Shown here piece after piece: positions 33,992 through 48,000 of a DNA stretch of 64,000 nt. Every line of letters begins with the position of its first letter. The stretch's first letter is position 1. The notes under the pieces are model-generated. The model was not told the origin of the DNA. It did not search any database and saw only the letters and a list, made by a program, of their open reading frames with translations. The DNA is from Ramazzottius varieornatus (Eukaryota; Animalia; Tardigrada). The stretch is from positions 6,004,448 through 6,068,447 of the forward strand of contig BDGG01000002.1 of NCBI GenBank assembly GCA_001949185.1, read 5' to 3'. A program made the translations under genes and the position numbers.

Positions 33992-34555
33992 GGTGGCTGT
34001 TTGTTGATCTGAGGTTGCAGAGCCAACGCGGAGAAATCTTTCCGGTTCAAAATTCCCAGCACACGTCAGTTCGTAGTGACACAATGGGATAAGCAGAGAA
34101 AATGGAAGATGAAATGAAAGTGTGTGCGAACAGTCGAGAAACTGAATCAAAATCAAAATCATTTTCCTGACGTCAACGTCATGTGGGCGGCGCTATGTGG
34201 ATAACAAGGAACCGCCAATACCAGAATCTACTCGGCCATATAGAAGCGCGACTTGAAAGCATATTTCGTAAGTCTGCAGTAGTCCTCCAATTTTATCGGA
34301 GCTGGTTTTATGCTACCGCCAGAATTCAAACTGGTCAGTAGGTCCGACAGATCGGTTCCACGAACTTCAAACAATCTTCTACAGAAACGTATATTACGAG
34401 TAGGATTTAACAAATGAATACTTTTACTCTTCCGAAACGGCCCGTTACGAAGTGGCAGTACAAACAAGACGATCCGTTCTGACACTCATCACTAAAATTA
34501 AGAAAGCACTTCCTATACTACCACTATCGCCAACGGCAGGGGCTTCAACTTTCAG

Positions 34556-37229
34556 TTAAGCACCAGTAGATCCAACGGACAGTGCTCCTAAGCCTCTTCG
34601 GTGAGACTCTTCCAGCTCTTGCAAAATCAATTTGGCATCCTAGAATCGCAACATAACCACAAAGTTCCAGTAATATCCCTCATCTGCAGACCTCGATAAC
34701 TTACCTGTATAACGTGTTCCGGAAGGGCTGCCATTTGAGCTACATTCACACCGAAGCTCTTTCCCGAAACTCCCGGCTCCACATCGTACTGAAACGTTAT
34801 CCCCCCTTCATGCACCAAGGCTGCAACATGGCTCAGCACCACATTCGGCGCTGTGGACTTCAGCTCGGCTAGCTCGTTGAAATGCGTGGTAAACATACAA
34901 TATGAGCCCAAAGTCGTAGCAATGTGCCTGGAAAGCAAGAGACCGTCATTTACTCATCTGGCAGTTTATGACAGGTGAAACAAGGTCGATTATAAACCTA
35001 CTCGGAAACAGCATATGCTAAGCCATATCCATCATAAGTGGAGGTACCTCGGCCCAGTTCGTCGATGATGATCAGTGAATACCTCGTAGCACATTTCAGT
35101 ATCTCCTGGATCTCCAGCATTTCCATCATGAAGGTGGAAACTCCCTTTGAAACGCTGTCGCCAGCACCGATACGGGTGTATATACCGTCAACTAAGGAGA
35201 CGGTTGCCGATTTGCACGGTACATAGCTACCCAACTGAGCCATTATCACATTCAGCGCGACCTGAGCCGTCGAGAAGAATCATCAGACTACTGGCCGTTT
35301 GTCCCGAAGAGACCTAGACATGGCGAGAAGGACCCAACGCCTAAAAACGCTCTTACCTGTCGGATGTATGTGCTTTTCCCTCCCATATTTGGTCCTGTCA
35401 CAATGTGGAAAGTTTCTTTGCCCTGCTCGAACCGAACGGAGTTAGGAATGAAGTCCTTGCTCATGAAAGTCTCCACACAAGGATGGCGTGCGGAGACCAA
35501 TTCAATCACACCCGTTTCTGATAACAGACAAAGGTAAATAAGCTACATATGAAAACGAGTCGTTGCGGGGTTCTCGAACTTATACGGATGATGTCAGAGG
35601 TATAGTAGGTAGACGATACCTTTCGGTTTCATGACTGGTCGAACATAAGGCACGGTGCTCTCATAGGCAACACGAGCGAGAGAAACAAAGACATCCAGAG
35701 GAGAGAGGAGTTTGTTGAAGGTTTTTAAGGGCTCGCTGTAGCTGGCTAAAACCGACAGAGCAGTCATACAATGTGTCAGGGTTGTTTAGCTCTTTCAAGT
35801 CCGTAAGACATGCCAGGGCACTAACCTGCAGTGGAGACCAGCGCGTCCATCACTTTCTCCTGCGCTTTCCGGTACTTGCTCGTGACCTGTAAGTACTGTT
35901 CGTTCAACGTTGCTAACTTGTCCGAACGAAAACGGTAGCCAGACTGTTTCGTGTCCACCGTCATAATCTTCAGCTGTTTCGCCTCAGGACCTCGCAGGAG
36001 CTTTTCATCCTGCCAACAGCAACTCGGTTACATTATCGAGGTTGCGAAGTAAACACTATGAATTCACAGTCAGGTTACAGTACCTTTCGGGTAACCCGAT
36101 ACAGGTACCCTAATCTACCATCCAATTCCAGCTTGACGATTTTCTGATCAACACCCAGCGCTTCCGCCAGATTTTCCTGATCCCTTTCCATCGCAGCTAG
36201 TAGCTTCTCCAGGCGCTCATTTAAGCCTAAAAAGCAAGACGCGAGCAAGTGCCAAGCAAGTATAACCTTGTGTATTGAGACATTCGACAGCGTACCTAGA
36301 AGGTCGTCATCAACAGCAGGAAGAATCCGATATTCCCCTGTTCGGCGGATGTAATCGATGTCGACGGTTTGTTTGATCAGCTCCTGATAATTCTGGAACT
36401 GCGAGAAGAACTGGGTGAAGGGTGAGAGAAATCGATTGGAGAGCAACTGTGCGGTGCGCGGCTTGCAGTCTTCCAAGCTAGCATCGCGTAAATCATCCAC
36501 TAAAGCCGGTATCTTCAGGATGGCGACGTATATTCGGTAGAGATCTTGTAGGCTGACACCCTTCTTTTCCAGCCTTTTAACAAGCGGCGCGAAATCTGGA
36601 AATTTCTTGAGATGGATGTCGGACACCGTTGAACGAACAGAGGGCTTTGAGACAAAAAATTCCACAACGTCCAGTCTGTTTTCTGTAAAATAGTCTAGTC
36701 TAATTACTGATTAGTATGTTCTGTCTTATAACAGGATATTCCTTGATTTATTCCACATAGATAATTCAAGAGGAAAGTACCTATCGCTTCGATGTCCAAT
36801 AATGGTTCGCAGATCCAGCGGCTCAGAAGTCGTGATCCCTGCGGAGTGTTGCATTTGTTCAGCAGCTTGAAAAGGCTGCCTTTGCCTAGAAAGCAGACAT
36901 ACGATCGAAACCAGATTGTAAATCTGCCGGAAGTCAGTTGTTCAATATTTCCCATGAGGTATGCACTTACCGGAAACGAGGTTGAGCTCCAACGATCGAG
37001 CGACTTGTTCCGAGATTTTGAAACACTCAGCCGCCCCGTCGAACGTCTCTATTTCCACCTCACCGATTTCGGACATCTCCACATCTTCCGTTGCTCGTTC
37101 CTCCAGCATCGACGCATTGGACGTATTCATCTTGCTAGCGCTGGATCTCACAAACCTTCCCACTCTCACATTTACGGTGCTGTCGATGATCTCCTGTGGA
37201 GCCTGGATAGTTCAAGTTCGAAGTTTGCC
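34556..37229 (-). CDS. MSH2: DNA mismatch repair protein MSH2 (about 10 exons; N-terminal domains not recognisable)
   Basis: [18 protein letters not shown]; ARHPCVE; [14 protein letters not shown]; STFMMEMLE; [19 protein letters not shown]; FTTHFNEL; [10 protein letters not shown]. Stop at 34556, first in-frame ATG at 37130. Confidence 0.92.
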
Positions 37230-37439
37230 TAAAAACAGGAAGGCAAACAAGACAAAAAGAAATGAGCGAAAAAGCTCCCAATTATTGAATTTCCCAAAAG
37301 CCTTGAAGGCTAAACCAGCGTTCGACGCAGTGGATACTATCGGGTGACGTCAAAGGTGTCCGACGAGGCGTGGCCGTGTCCGAGACTGTGATTGGTCGGT
37401 TGAAATACATGCAGAAGAATACAACAATACGGTTCACAG

Positions 37440-40400
37440 TGCTGACAGGTTGAATTAAAATGATTAATTTGATCGTCTTCGGATCAATAGTGTTTTGATC
37501 CATCAATCCTCGCCCCACCATCATGAGTGAGGAACTAGAAGATTCTTCAGAACCTGCGGTACCAGATCCGTTGAAGTGTGGAAAGTGTGGCTATGGAGCG
37601 AGATCAGCCGCAGGATCGAAGACGCATCAGCGAGGACAGCTCTGTCTGCGCAATCAGGGAATCAACGTCCCGGCTACGTTCAGATGTGAGGAGTGTGGCA
37701 GACTATTTCCATCCCAACATGGCCTATCGATCCACCTTGTCACCCATGGATCCCTCCACCGTGCCAACCTGGCTGCCCCGTTCGAGGAAGATGTCGAGGA
37801 AACCGCGAAAGAGTATCATGGAAATGTGGAAGTTTTCAGAGGGCGAATGTTACAGTGGAAAGCCAGTTTTCTTCGACTACGCAACGGTCGAGAAGTGAAC
37901 CCGAAAGAACTGGACCAGCTGATGCGCAAGTTTTCTGATGAGCTGTCGAAGTGTATCGACTTCTTGCCCGGACCGAGAAATCCGAACAAGAAGTATATTG
38001 ACATGCGGAAGAAACCCAAAAAAGGAAGGCAGAAGAACAACAACCGACGAGCAGAGTCGGATACGCAACCTCGTCAAATCCCTCTCGTACCTCGAAGAGA
38101 AAGAAGGCCGAAAAGAAAGAGCAGCTGACCTACGACCAGGTCCAGTTCGACTACTTCAACCAACGACGACGAGTCATTCGAGCTGTTGCAGGTTCCAGGG
38201 GTAAGAGCTGTCCGATAAAGATCGAGAAGCTGGTGGAAGCCTTCGAGCCAAGATTTGCGACGGAGAAGACGAACGAGCGCGCGATGTATCAGTCAATCAG
38301 CGATGAGGAACAAGCAGCCATCGATGCACAGTTCGAGTCGACAGTCAGTATGTCCGATGTCCATGACGCCGTGAAGGGGATTGCCGTTGATTCCGCAGCA
38401 GGTCCAGACAGGCTTCTGGTTCGTGTCATCAAGCAGGAGGTAGTTACAGAGGTTCTGGCAGTGATCGCGGCTGTGTTGCTGGAAATGAACGCGAAGAAGG
38501 AGCACCCATTACCATCCGCGCTGCAGCTGGCTCGTACTGTACTAATCCACAACGGCGTGACGTCACAGACGCAAACAACTACAGGCCGATTTCCATCTGT
38601 TCGGCCAAAAGAAGGGTACTGGAACGTGTCGTCGATCGCCATCTCCGTCGGTACGTGTCCGTCACTCGATTCTAACAAGGCTTTACCAGCGCACCGGGCA
38701 CTCACGTCAACGCATCGATCCTCGGATCAGTCTTGAAGAAAACCCAAGCCGAGAAAAGCACCGTTGTTGTCGTTCTGCTCGACATCAAGCGAGCCTTCGA
38801 AGAAATTCCCCATGTCCACCTCAAGAAAACCCTCCAAGCCAGCTCGCTGCCAACGCCAGTACGTAATATCATTCTGTCTTTACAGGGTAGTAACAGATCG
38901 CAGTTGCAAGTAGGTGGTCAGCGATCATCAGCCATCCCAGTCAAGAAGGGAGTCTTATAAGGTGCGGCACTGTCCCCCATGCTGTACAACATGTCGACCG
39001 ACTACGTCACGCGCAACATGACCGAGGTACCTATCGTTGAAGAATACGGATTATCCCTGTGTGAAGGAGATCAGCCAGTGACATTCCTCGGCTTCGCTGA
39101 CGACTCCACTGTTGTGGGCAAGTCACGTGAAGCAGCCGTCCATCTGACAGAAATGGCCATCAGATTGTTCAAAGAGATCGTACTGGAAGTCAGCCCTACA
39201 AAGTCGAAAGCCACTGTAGTGGAGAACGGTGTTATGTCGGAAGTTCCTTTGTATTTGTCTTCAGGTGCAGTTATCGAAGCCACGAAGAAGGGAGAGAAAG
39301 TCAGGTACCTTGGAGCAACAGTCACGGACCAGCTCGACTTTGACCAAGGAAAAGTCATCAAGCAGTTGACCGATCAAGTGGATCGCCTCGTCCACTTCGC
39401 GCACCTTCATGCAGACCAGAAACTCAGCTTGCTGAATCAGTGGCTATGGCCATCCATCATCTACCCTCTTCAGACTGCCCCTACTAACACCATCCCCAAA
39501 GTCTTCCTCCAAACGGTCGACAAGATTGTAAAGAGCGCCGTAAGAGAAATACTTCAGCTTCCGTCCGACACAGCGGAAGCCTTCATGTATGCCCCACGCA
39601 AGTACAGGGGACTTGGTCTAATGCGCGCAATATGAGAATCGCAGCTGCAACACATTTCCATCTGTCATGCACTGCTGAGGGATGGGAACAGATACGTTAA
39701 CGTCAGAGATGTCGCCGGGAAGATCGAGACCTCAATAGCTGCACTGAGTATCCCTCCCGAGAAAGTTCCACCACGCTTCAATGAGTACGGTGCCCCTGTC
39801 AACCCCACGAGGAAGATCCGAGAAGAGCTGCCCACAAGAGAGTTCGAACGGTGGTCACAGATGGATCGCGCTGCAGGCGTTCACCAGTACAGAGTCCACA
39901 CGCATTCAAACAAGTGGGTCTACAATCGGTGTGGGCTCACTAACGCCGAATGGATCTCCTGCCTGAAGATGACGGTGAATGGAGCCCCAGTGAGAAGCCT
40001 CCACGGTAGAAGCAAGGACGGTCCAGCATGCAGAGCCCCTGGCTGTGAAGCTGAGCGTGAAACTCTGTCCCATGTGCTTGGGTCTTGCCACAAAGGTAAC
40101 TTGCTGCGGAACGCCAGACACAACAAGATACGGACAACGATCGCGGAAGCGTTGCGCGGAAAAGATGGCTTGAAAGTGTACGAGGAAGTGCCCTGTATCG
40201 CAGAGAAATACAGTTCGCGACGCGTCGACATCATCATCATCGACCGAGGGAAGAGCCAAGCCTGGATCGTGGATCCGACAGTACGGTACGAGGGCGGAGA
40301 CCAACAAGCCACAGAAGTCGACAATGAAAAGAAAAGGATCTACGAGCCTTGTGTTCGAGACCTGAAAGGAAAGTACTGGATGGAGGAGTACGAAGTGGAA

Positions 40401-40730
40401 GTGATCGGCCTCTACGTGGGAGCTCGGGGAACCATTTCCAGATTTTTTGTAGATTTTTGTAGCCGTTTTTCCCTCCCCAAAGATCTGATAAATCGTGTTG
40501 TGACATCGGTACTTAAAGGTTCGTGCAGTATTTTACATAATCATCTCCAGCCAGCAGCCCGCTACAGCTATCTGATTGTGATGATTTAACCTCGTTTTGC
40601 TACTGTTCAGAATATTCCAAATGTCTCTCTGTTTGATACCTGAAGGCTGATCCTAGCTTACAGTGTCCACGTGGCAAACCAAGGGTGTTGGTCTGTGCAA
40701 ACTTCACAATAAAGTTTGATTCATCATCAT
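37440..40730 (+). mobile_element. RLE-class non-LTR retrotransposon (R2/NeSL-like), decayed; ORF 37523-40589
   Basis: N-terminal C2HC + C2H2 fingers; SAAGPD; RT motifs LLDIKRAF, GVL*GAALSP, GFADD; CCHC knuckle; RHNKI..RRVDII..IVDPT..EKKRIY endonuclease; AATAAA followed by (TCA)n tail. Several frameshifts and stops. Confidence 0.9.
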
Positions 40731-40913
40731 CATGTGTGCTCAGTTTGACATGGGGATCACTGTAAAAATCGAAACAAGTCATTTGAACTACGAAAAATTA
40801 GAGACGTAACTTTTTGTGTACTTTGACTTTTATACGGCTCTAGGTAGTTCGACAAGGTTGGAGGACCTGCATGAAGCACGAACTGGTGGGGTTTGTACGA
40901 AAATCATCGTTGA
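40731..40913. repeat. Inner inverted arm (left) of the hAT composite
   Basis: 40731-40805 is the reverse complement of 44768-44844; 40806-40913 is the reverse complement of 44038-44140. Confidence 0.9.
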
Positions 40914-41949
40914 GCAGTATGTCCGCTGCTTCTTTTCCCGTTAGAAGTCCCATTCAGTCAACGCGGAATAGGTAGCGGTAAGGAGCCACTGAAGATGCAC
41001 GAAAACGTAGCGGACGCCGGGCAGTTGACAAGAAGAAAAGAAGGGCAGGGTCGTCTTCTGAAGAGAAGCAGAAGGCGAGGGTGGCACCGTTGCGCGAAGA
41101 CAGTGTCATGCAGTGGTGGCCCATTGAATTTCAATTCTGTTTAGCAGTTGGAAATTCATATGTCTTTCTTCGGCTTGGGAGCCTAGGACAGACAGCTCGC
41201 ATTGGCCTGGGGTAATGGAGGCAATTCGACGATGGATTGTGCAGTACGAGCAAGGAAGTAATATTTCGCAAGTAGTACGGACAGCAGTGCGCTATCTTAG
41301 CAGGCAACATTCGTCAGTATAACTCAGAAAAGTCAGTCGGCAGCTAGCGCGTCAGCTGATTGAGGAGTTTACATAGTCGGCTGACGGGCGCTAGTTGATC
41401 GGCTGTTCACCCGGATCAACTGGCGCATCTGTCCCGTTTACCCATTATGCTTTCTTTTTTCCATGTATTCCTGCCTATATAACGAAAGCTTGACTTGCGG
41501 ATAACGGCGATAAGAACGAGAATCGCAACAAAGCCTTGCAGAAGACAGAAGTAATGGATGGGTGTGGTGACGGTCATGTGCGATGTTGCGCCGGAAGTCG
41601 GCTCTTTGCATTGTACAGTGATGAAGATGAGATCGATCGTGAAATGCGGAACTTTGGAGACCATCCTTCTGTCAGGTCGTGTGTTCGACGAATCTTCTTG
41701 CTAAAAACAATATAGTCTTGCCACTCAACTTTGCAAGATCTGCTGTCAAACCACATCAACGTCTACTCTGTTGCCGAGCGCTCCTTGACTTGATTTGACT
41801 TTGACTTGACTCTTTGGATGATCTTTGACTCTTATTCGGCAGGGTGGGAGTGCGCATGATGGCGTGTTTGAAAAAGAACAGGTGCTGTTCTGGTTGCTGT
41901 TGAGCGGGCGTTGCGTACATGACGATGCATAACTTTTGCAGGTGTTTCC

Positions 41950-43145
41950 ATGTACAATACAGTGATTCAACTATTCACTTCCTGGAAAATCGATCGAGGC
42001 AAAGTCAGGGCTCAGACGTACGATGCCGGTTCGAATGGTGCAGGCCATCTCTCAGGGGCTCACGGACTCTTTCTGCGTGACAACCCTCATGCTGTCTACA
42101 TCTACTGTTTCTCGCACGCAATCAATCTTGTAGTAGTGAACCTTGTCCCGTACAGTGGAGTCTGTACAAATCATACGAAAGCACGTTATTGCAATCGGGA
42201 ACTTCTTCAATGTTCCACGCCGCAGACAATTTTAAAAGAAACGATACAGGCTTGCGGTAACTGCGAGTCTAAGAGAAGGAAGCAAGTTCCCAAAAGACCA
42301 AGCAAGACTCGATGGACGGACCTTGCTAACACCGTGGACGACGTTCTGCGCTTAACCATCCGCTGCTCAAAGCCCTAAAAGCCATTTCTAAGGATACTGT
42401 TAACTTTCCAAACCTGTACAGACTACAAGCGAAGAACCTGCGCGCGCAACTGCTCCACTTTAATTTCCTTCTCACAATGATGGTAAGGAAGCCCGGGTTC
42501 CGGCTGTTAACTCATTAAACCTCATGCCTTTCAGGTCGGTCTATAGCAATTTAGCCTTCCATGAACTATTTTATAAATTTCTCGCGACTTACTTGGTACC
42601 CTGCGAGATCTCACCATTTTCCTTCAACGCCCGGAGCTGCATGTACGCTCACGGTATCAGTGAGGTTCGACGAGTTCAAAGTCTGTTAGAGGAATGGAAA
42701 GTCGACGCCGACGGCCAGAAGCATTCTGGCTGGTGGCGTGATACTCTCGATCACGTCAAGGAATACAGAATCACCCCAACTAACGCTAACTGGTGGTCAG
42801 CACTGACGTCACTCCACTCGGATCCACTTTCGCGAACTCTTCACTGTCCACCAGTCAGACCTGATTCCCGGCCGTGTTTTCCGTGAATAGATGGACGACT
42901 GGATCGACTACTGGAACAAAAAGTTCGTGAAACCGACCACAGTGATGGAAACCTTGGATCTAATGAAAGGTAATTTGGGCAGGCAATTTGCCAACATTAA
43001 AATTTTATTACAGGTTCTTGCTGTAATGCCAGTCACCGCGGCGACAGGGGAAAGATCGTTCAGTACTCTGAGAAGTGAGAAAACGTACCTCAGATCGGTA
43101 TTAAGCCAAACTGAACCATCTAACTCGGCTCAATATCCACAATGA
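41950..43145 (+). pseudogene. Decayed hAT transposase (Tip100/ZMYM1/THAP12-like)
   Basis: RAQTYDAGSNGAG..NPHAVYIYCFSHAINLVV; SKTRW; C-terminal dimerisation FANIKILLQVLAVMPVTAATGERSFSTLR..KTYLRS. Frameshifted. Confidence 0.88.
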
Positions 43146-44141
43146 TATTCTCGTGGACCCGGAAGCGGTTGTCACGGAGCACCTAACCAAGCACCCAATC
43201 GTCGACGATCAAGAGCCTGCCATTGGTCCAAACTACGTCACGTGGGGACGGTGGGGTGATGTTCTAAGCCACGACAACCAGAATGCGGAAGAAGAACAAG
43301 CAGACGACGACGCCATTACTCTCGCCGAAGAGGACGATGACGAGATGATCGAACAAGATGTGGATAATATGGAGATGCCCGAGTCTGACTCGTGAGTTGT
43401 GCGCATACATTCCACAATAATTTCTCTTCCAAAGTACTAGTGAACGTGATAGGTCACGGGGTAATCAAGTACTTCTGGCTTTACATTTCTCATCTTGAAA
43501 CATTTTTATGGCATCGATTGAACGCCAACTCAGCAGTCGGTCATGAACATTATACCCTCGTTTTAATCTTCAAATGAACGGCGTATCTCACGACCGCACT
43601 AATAGTGTTTGACACCTAAGCCCGGTAAACTGCGGTATTACGTTCGACATGCAGTGATGCGTTAAAGGTGGACTGTGTATCAAGTGTTGTCCGTGAAGGT
43701 CAATGCAGCCGTAAAACACTTACAGCGTGACCGGACACAGGCTCATTCAAAAAAATCGTTCCATCAGTTGACCGTGTTCATGGATGACCCACGGTCGTGC
43801 TATGCGTTTGTCCACTGCATTCCGTCGCGCTGCGCAGATACCCGCATCAGACATCGGAACCAACCTAAGTCATCGCCATCAACTATAAATGCGGCTCCCC
43901 ACCAACCATTAAGGAAAGAAACCTCAACCGCCAGCTCTCAACATGTCCATCAACGCTAGTCATATTCTGGTAGCATTGTTTGGTCGGTAAATCCGGACTG
44001 CGCTGTGCAATTTTGCTACATTTTCGTTCGCGCACCACTCAACGATGATTTTCGTACAAACCCCACTAGTTCCATGCAGGTCCTCCAACCTTGTCGAACT
44101 ACCTAGAGCCGTATAAAAGTTAAAGTACAAAAAATGTTATA

Positions 44142-44765
44142 CTGTATTCTCTCCGGTAATTCCCCTACGTCACTGGAACGATTTTTACAAATGATGCAAG
44201 AGTGAAATTGCAATATCTGCCACAGTGGCAAAACCGTGTCGTCATTAGACTCAATCAAGGACATGCAATCAATCGCAAGCGCGTATTTAGTTTCAAACAA
44301 AGATTAATCAGCTGTTCAACAGAAGGCTTCTTCGTATCCCTCAGACAATTCATATCCGCCGATTCGCATTGTACTTTTCGTTGCGTTTTTCTCTGTCAGA
44401 AAACTTTTGTCTTTCGAATCGCATTTTGATCTTGCAACCTACTGGTGCGATTATGGTGAAGGATGAGGAGACTGAGGAATCGACAGAAGAAACTGCGGAA
44501 GTCACTAGTCCAGCACATTCTCCTGCTTTGTCGGTTGTGCAAAGTCTTGTGAGTTTCGATGACGATGTGTTGTAGATACTGCAGTGTAGTGTTGATTTTA
44601 CGTCTTAAAACTTGTGTTTCCTTGTGATTGTTTCGTTCTTGCTGTACAAATTTTTTTTAAAATGACGTAGTAAACTGACGTAGAGCGAAAGCTGCCTGTT
44701 CGCTTCGCAAACTCTTTAACAAAAGTATCGCCTGTGACGTAGGGAAATTACTGGAGAGAATACAG
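44142..44765. mobile_element. 624-bp Tc1/mariner-type MITE with TA TSD inserted in the right inner arm
   Basis: TA|CTGTATTCTCTCCGGTAATTCCCCTACGTCAC ... GTGACGTAGGGAAATTACTGGAGAGAATACAG|TA; removing it rejoins the arm. Confidence 0.88.
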
Positions 44766-44844
44766 TATCTCTAATTTTTTCCCGTGGTTCAAATGACTTG
44801 TTCCGATTTTTACAGTGATCCCCATGTCAAACTGAGCACATATG

Positions 44845-47800
44845 CATATTATAAAATCCATATTCGACGTCAAGACCAAATATGAAAACAATCAACAAAA
44901 TCTAACTAAGGATGCACCATTCTTCTTCAAATCTAAAATGCTATAAATTTCGTCCAAACCTCGGCTATGTACAAAAGTGCCAAATACTCAAGCAGCATTG
45001 CCTCTCTGAATTTCTACGCTAATTTTCTGCTTCAAAAACGAAAGAGATCTTGGCTCGCCTGTGCGCGCAGCAACTTTCCTCCTGATCTTCTCAACGAGCT
45101 CTCGTGCTTCGTTGCCGAAGACACCATACGTTTCAAATTCGACGGGGCAAAACAGGTATCGACCCTCCAGCTCCTCGTACTTCCTCCTCTTGTTCTCCTC
45201 AGCTTGGTTTGCAGCACAACCTACCTGATTGGTGGAGCCCTGGAGATAGGTCTGTGCCAGCGTGTCCACCACAGTCACGTCCCATGCCAGAGCTTTTCCT
45301 TGGTACCACGGAACAAGCGTTAGTCCGTCGGGTCGCATGTTTCCGTCGCGCATCAATCACGTTATGAACCACGTTATGAACCTGGCAGCTAGTCAAGGCT
45401 CTGTGGATGATGTCGTTGAGTGCGTCATGCCTGCTATGGCGTCCGGCGCTGCGTTTGCAGGCTAGTCCATGACGGCCTGTGCTGTCCACCTTCGTTCCGC
45501 ATCGGCAAATATGCGTCTCGCACAGCTTGGCTCCAAGCCGTAGTCTTACAGAAATCCTAAAAGAATTATCATCTAGGAGGTTACCTAAAGTTGAGATTGG
45601 CAAGGCATTTAACCATGCCCCGGATTCCTTTGTGGAAACGGCATGGAGACGGGCTTTTTCGGTGGGCGAAGACTGCTCTAACAGGGCACGAAAGCTGGAT
45701 TCGACGGGGGGCGTGTCCCATAGCTTCTGGACTGACCGCGTCAGACCTGGCGGAGGTTCGACGTTACAGCTTGTGCGCCACAAAGTAATCCCCTCGACCA
45801 CGGCAGCATCCAAGTCTGCTTCAGGACAAATCTGAGACACGAGTGAATGTGCTGCGTGAACAGAAGCCAAATAAGCTGGTAAAGCAAGTTCAGCAGCACA
45901 TCTCAGTCTCAAACCTTTGGTGGCAGCGGGAAGGCTTGCTTGGCGCCATGCCGAGTCGTCCATATCAATATTAACGATCTTCGCGGTGCATCTGCGGATG
46001 ACATCGTCGAAATCGTGAAGTAACTGCGTCCATCTGTACGTGGGGCTGCAGCGTAGGACGTAAAGCAGCTTGGGAATACCGAGGCAGTTCTTTAAAAGGA
46101 ACAAGGCTTGATGTGACGAAATCTTTTCCAAACGTGCAGTCATCAGCTCCGCCGAATCCGTCTTTGCTTTCAGTACGCTGGGGATGGCTTCGTTGAAAAG
46201 AGGAGCTCCCAGAAGAGTCAAGTTGCTGCGTTGTGGAAGGAGGATGCCAGTACAATGAATCTGCACCTTGGCTATTGCAGTTGCGCGTTCCCGGTCCGTC
46301 CCACCAAAAGCAAATACCTCGCACTTACCCCATCAAGGTGATAAGGAGTGCCAATGATTCCGCAAGCTCCGTAGACGCCGGGTCTCTTACTGCTTTCAGC
46401 ATGTCTTTCAGGTGCTGTGGCCGGAGTCCGTCCGGACCACCAGCGGAGCCGTTGGGAAAGCTAACAACCGCGTTAATGACTTCCTCGCTTGTCACTGGCA
46501 CGGCTGGTGGCACCAAGAACTCTTTCAACGGAAACGCGACGCTGTCTTGTTCAAGACGATGTTTGGCGCGAAGTGCCTCCAATGTTTCAGTCGTAACTGG
46601 AGCCATGACATCGTCCGAAGCCAGTATACGGACTGCGCCGCTGACATCACAATCGTTAAGCTTTTGCTCCACCCTTCTCTTCAGCTCGGAATCCTCATCC
46701 ATCTTCTTCTGCTTCTTCTTGAGTGGCTTCGCAATGGCTTATTCTCCACCGGCAGGTCTTGACACGTTTTCTTTTACGATGGAGGAGAGTGATTTCTTTG
46801 TTGGCTGGTTCTTCTCGGGTTGGCGTAAAGCTACAGAGGGAAAACGGAGAAGGATGGTCCAGCTTTCGCGCTTGTTGGATCTAATGCAGTCCCTCATTGT
46901 AGTACCATAGGCGGCTGATGCAGTTGCCCTGGCTCCATGGGGTATTCTGTGCAGGGTAGCAGGTGGACGACGAGGCTCTATTGGCTCTTTTGGTGGAGGC
47001 TCGCCTGCGTTACAGGTTTGGGTCTGCTCGAGGACAACTGTTCGATCTTCTTGTGTCTTCTGACTCTTCAAGCATTTTCCCTCTCCTCGATGCCTCTTCA
47101 AGGAACCAGCGCTGGCTGCTTTGAACCCGCAGAGGTCACAAATAGCGCCACCATCAGCTGTCTTAGTCATTGCAGACAACGATCATGGCCTGGTAGTCTT
47201 ACAAGGCCTCAGGATGAGTCCCGAGATGTGAACGAGGCCAGACGATGCTGACGACGAAAACCAAGAGAGGGGTGGCAGAGACGAAGCTTTCCAATGGATT
47301 GATTGTTGAACAGCTTTCCTAGTTAGGCCTGATTTCGTCAGACTTTTCGATCCTGCAACAAAACGTCGAGAAAGGCAGCGCAGTACACGGAGCAAGAAGT
47401 GACTCTGGCTACAGCACCGTAGGGTACAAAATGTACCTGGTAGACTTATGTAGCCTTCGAAGTGAGTCGTGGCTTGTGAGAAGGTAAGGCGAAGCGGATG
47501 AGCAGAAGGGAGATCCGGGCTAGCGGTTAATCCTGATCACCGTGGGTTGGCGTCCTTTGATTGAGAGATTGACCCCACCTGCAAAAACTAAAAGCGGCAG
47601 TATCCTCACGACCACAGCACCATAGGGTAGAAAGATCTACCTGGTAGCCTTATGTAGCCTTCTGGGGTCCAGTAGGATATCGCAAAGGTGGAGGAAACAC
47701 GCAAAGGAGGATCCGGAAGGTAAAGTAAACTTCTACGGAAGGCTTACGGTTAGGCATTCCCACTTTCTGCTCAGTCTGCTCACTCCAAGATGGTTTGACT

Positions 47801-48000
47801 TTGCCGTCGATTCCAAAACCTTGGACGATTCTTTGTCTTTCTGATGTCTCAAAACACCAGGCGGAAGTATCAAAGATAGGAGAACATCGACGTTAGACAG
47901 CAAAAGATGCAGTTGAAACCGCACTTGATACTTTGTTGAAACATCTTTTGTTGAAACTTACGATCTGAACAAACTTTTGGAAAGAAAAACACACACAAAG
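44845..48000 (-). mobile_element. CRE-clade-like RLE non-LTR retrotransposon, decayed, RT core deleted
   Basis: SFPNGSAGGPDGLRPQHLKDM; FLLKNCLGIPKLLYVLR; ESGAWLNALP; CRCG..GRHGLAC; RHDALND; RPDGLTLVPW..WDVTVVDTLA; QRGNAA*. The reading jumps from the pre-RT region to the thumb region near 46300. Confidence 0.88.
47411..47662. repeat. ~48-bp direct repeat pair in the CRE-like 5' leader
   Basis: acagcac..tagggta.aaa.at.tacctggtag.cttatgtagccttc at 47411-47458 and 47614-47662. Confidence 0.8.

Noticed and set aside
37400-40913. Retro target being an SL RNA, U2/U6 snRNA or rDNA
   Set aside because: The junction sequences do not resemble these RNAs beyond a 6-nt gtgctc match to the U6 5' end.
40731-44844. 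Inner arms as an independent transposon insertion
   Set aside because: No flanking TSD (atcatcat versus catattat); the 8-bp TSD expected for the hAT transposase is at the outer termini. This model is disfavoured, not fully excluded.
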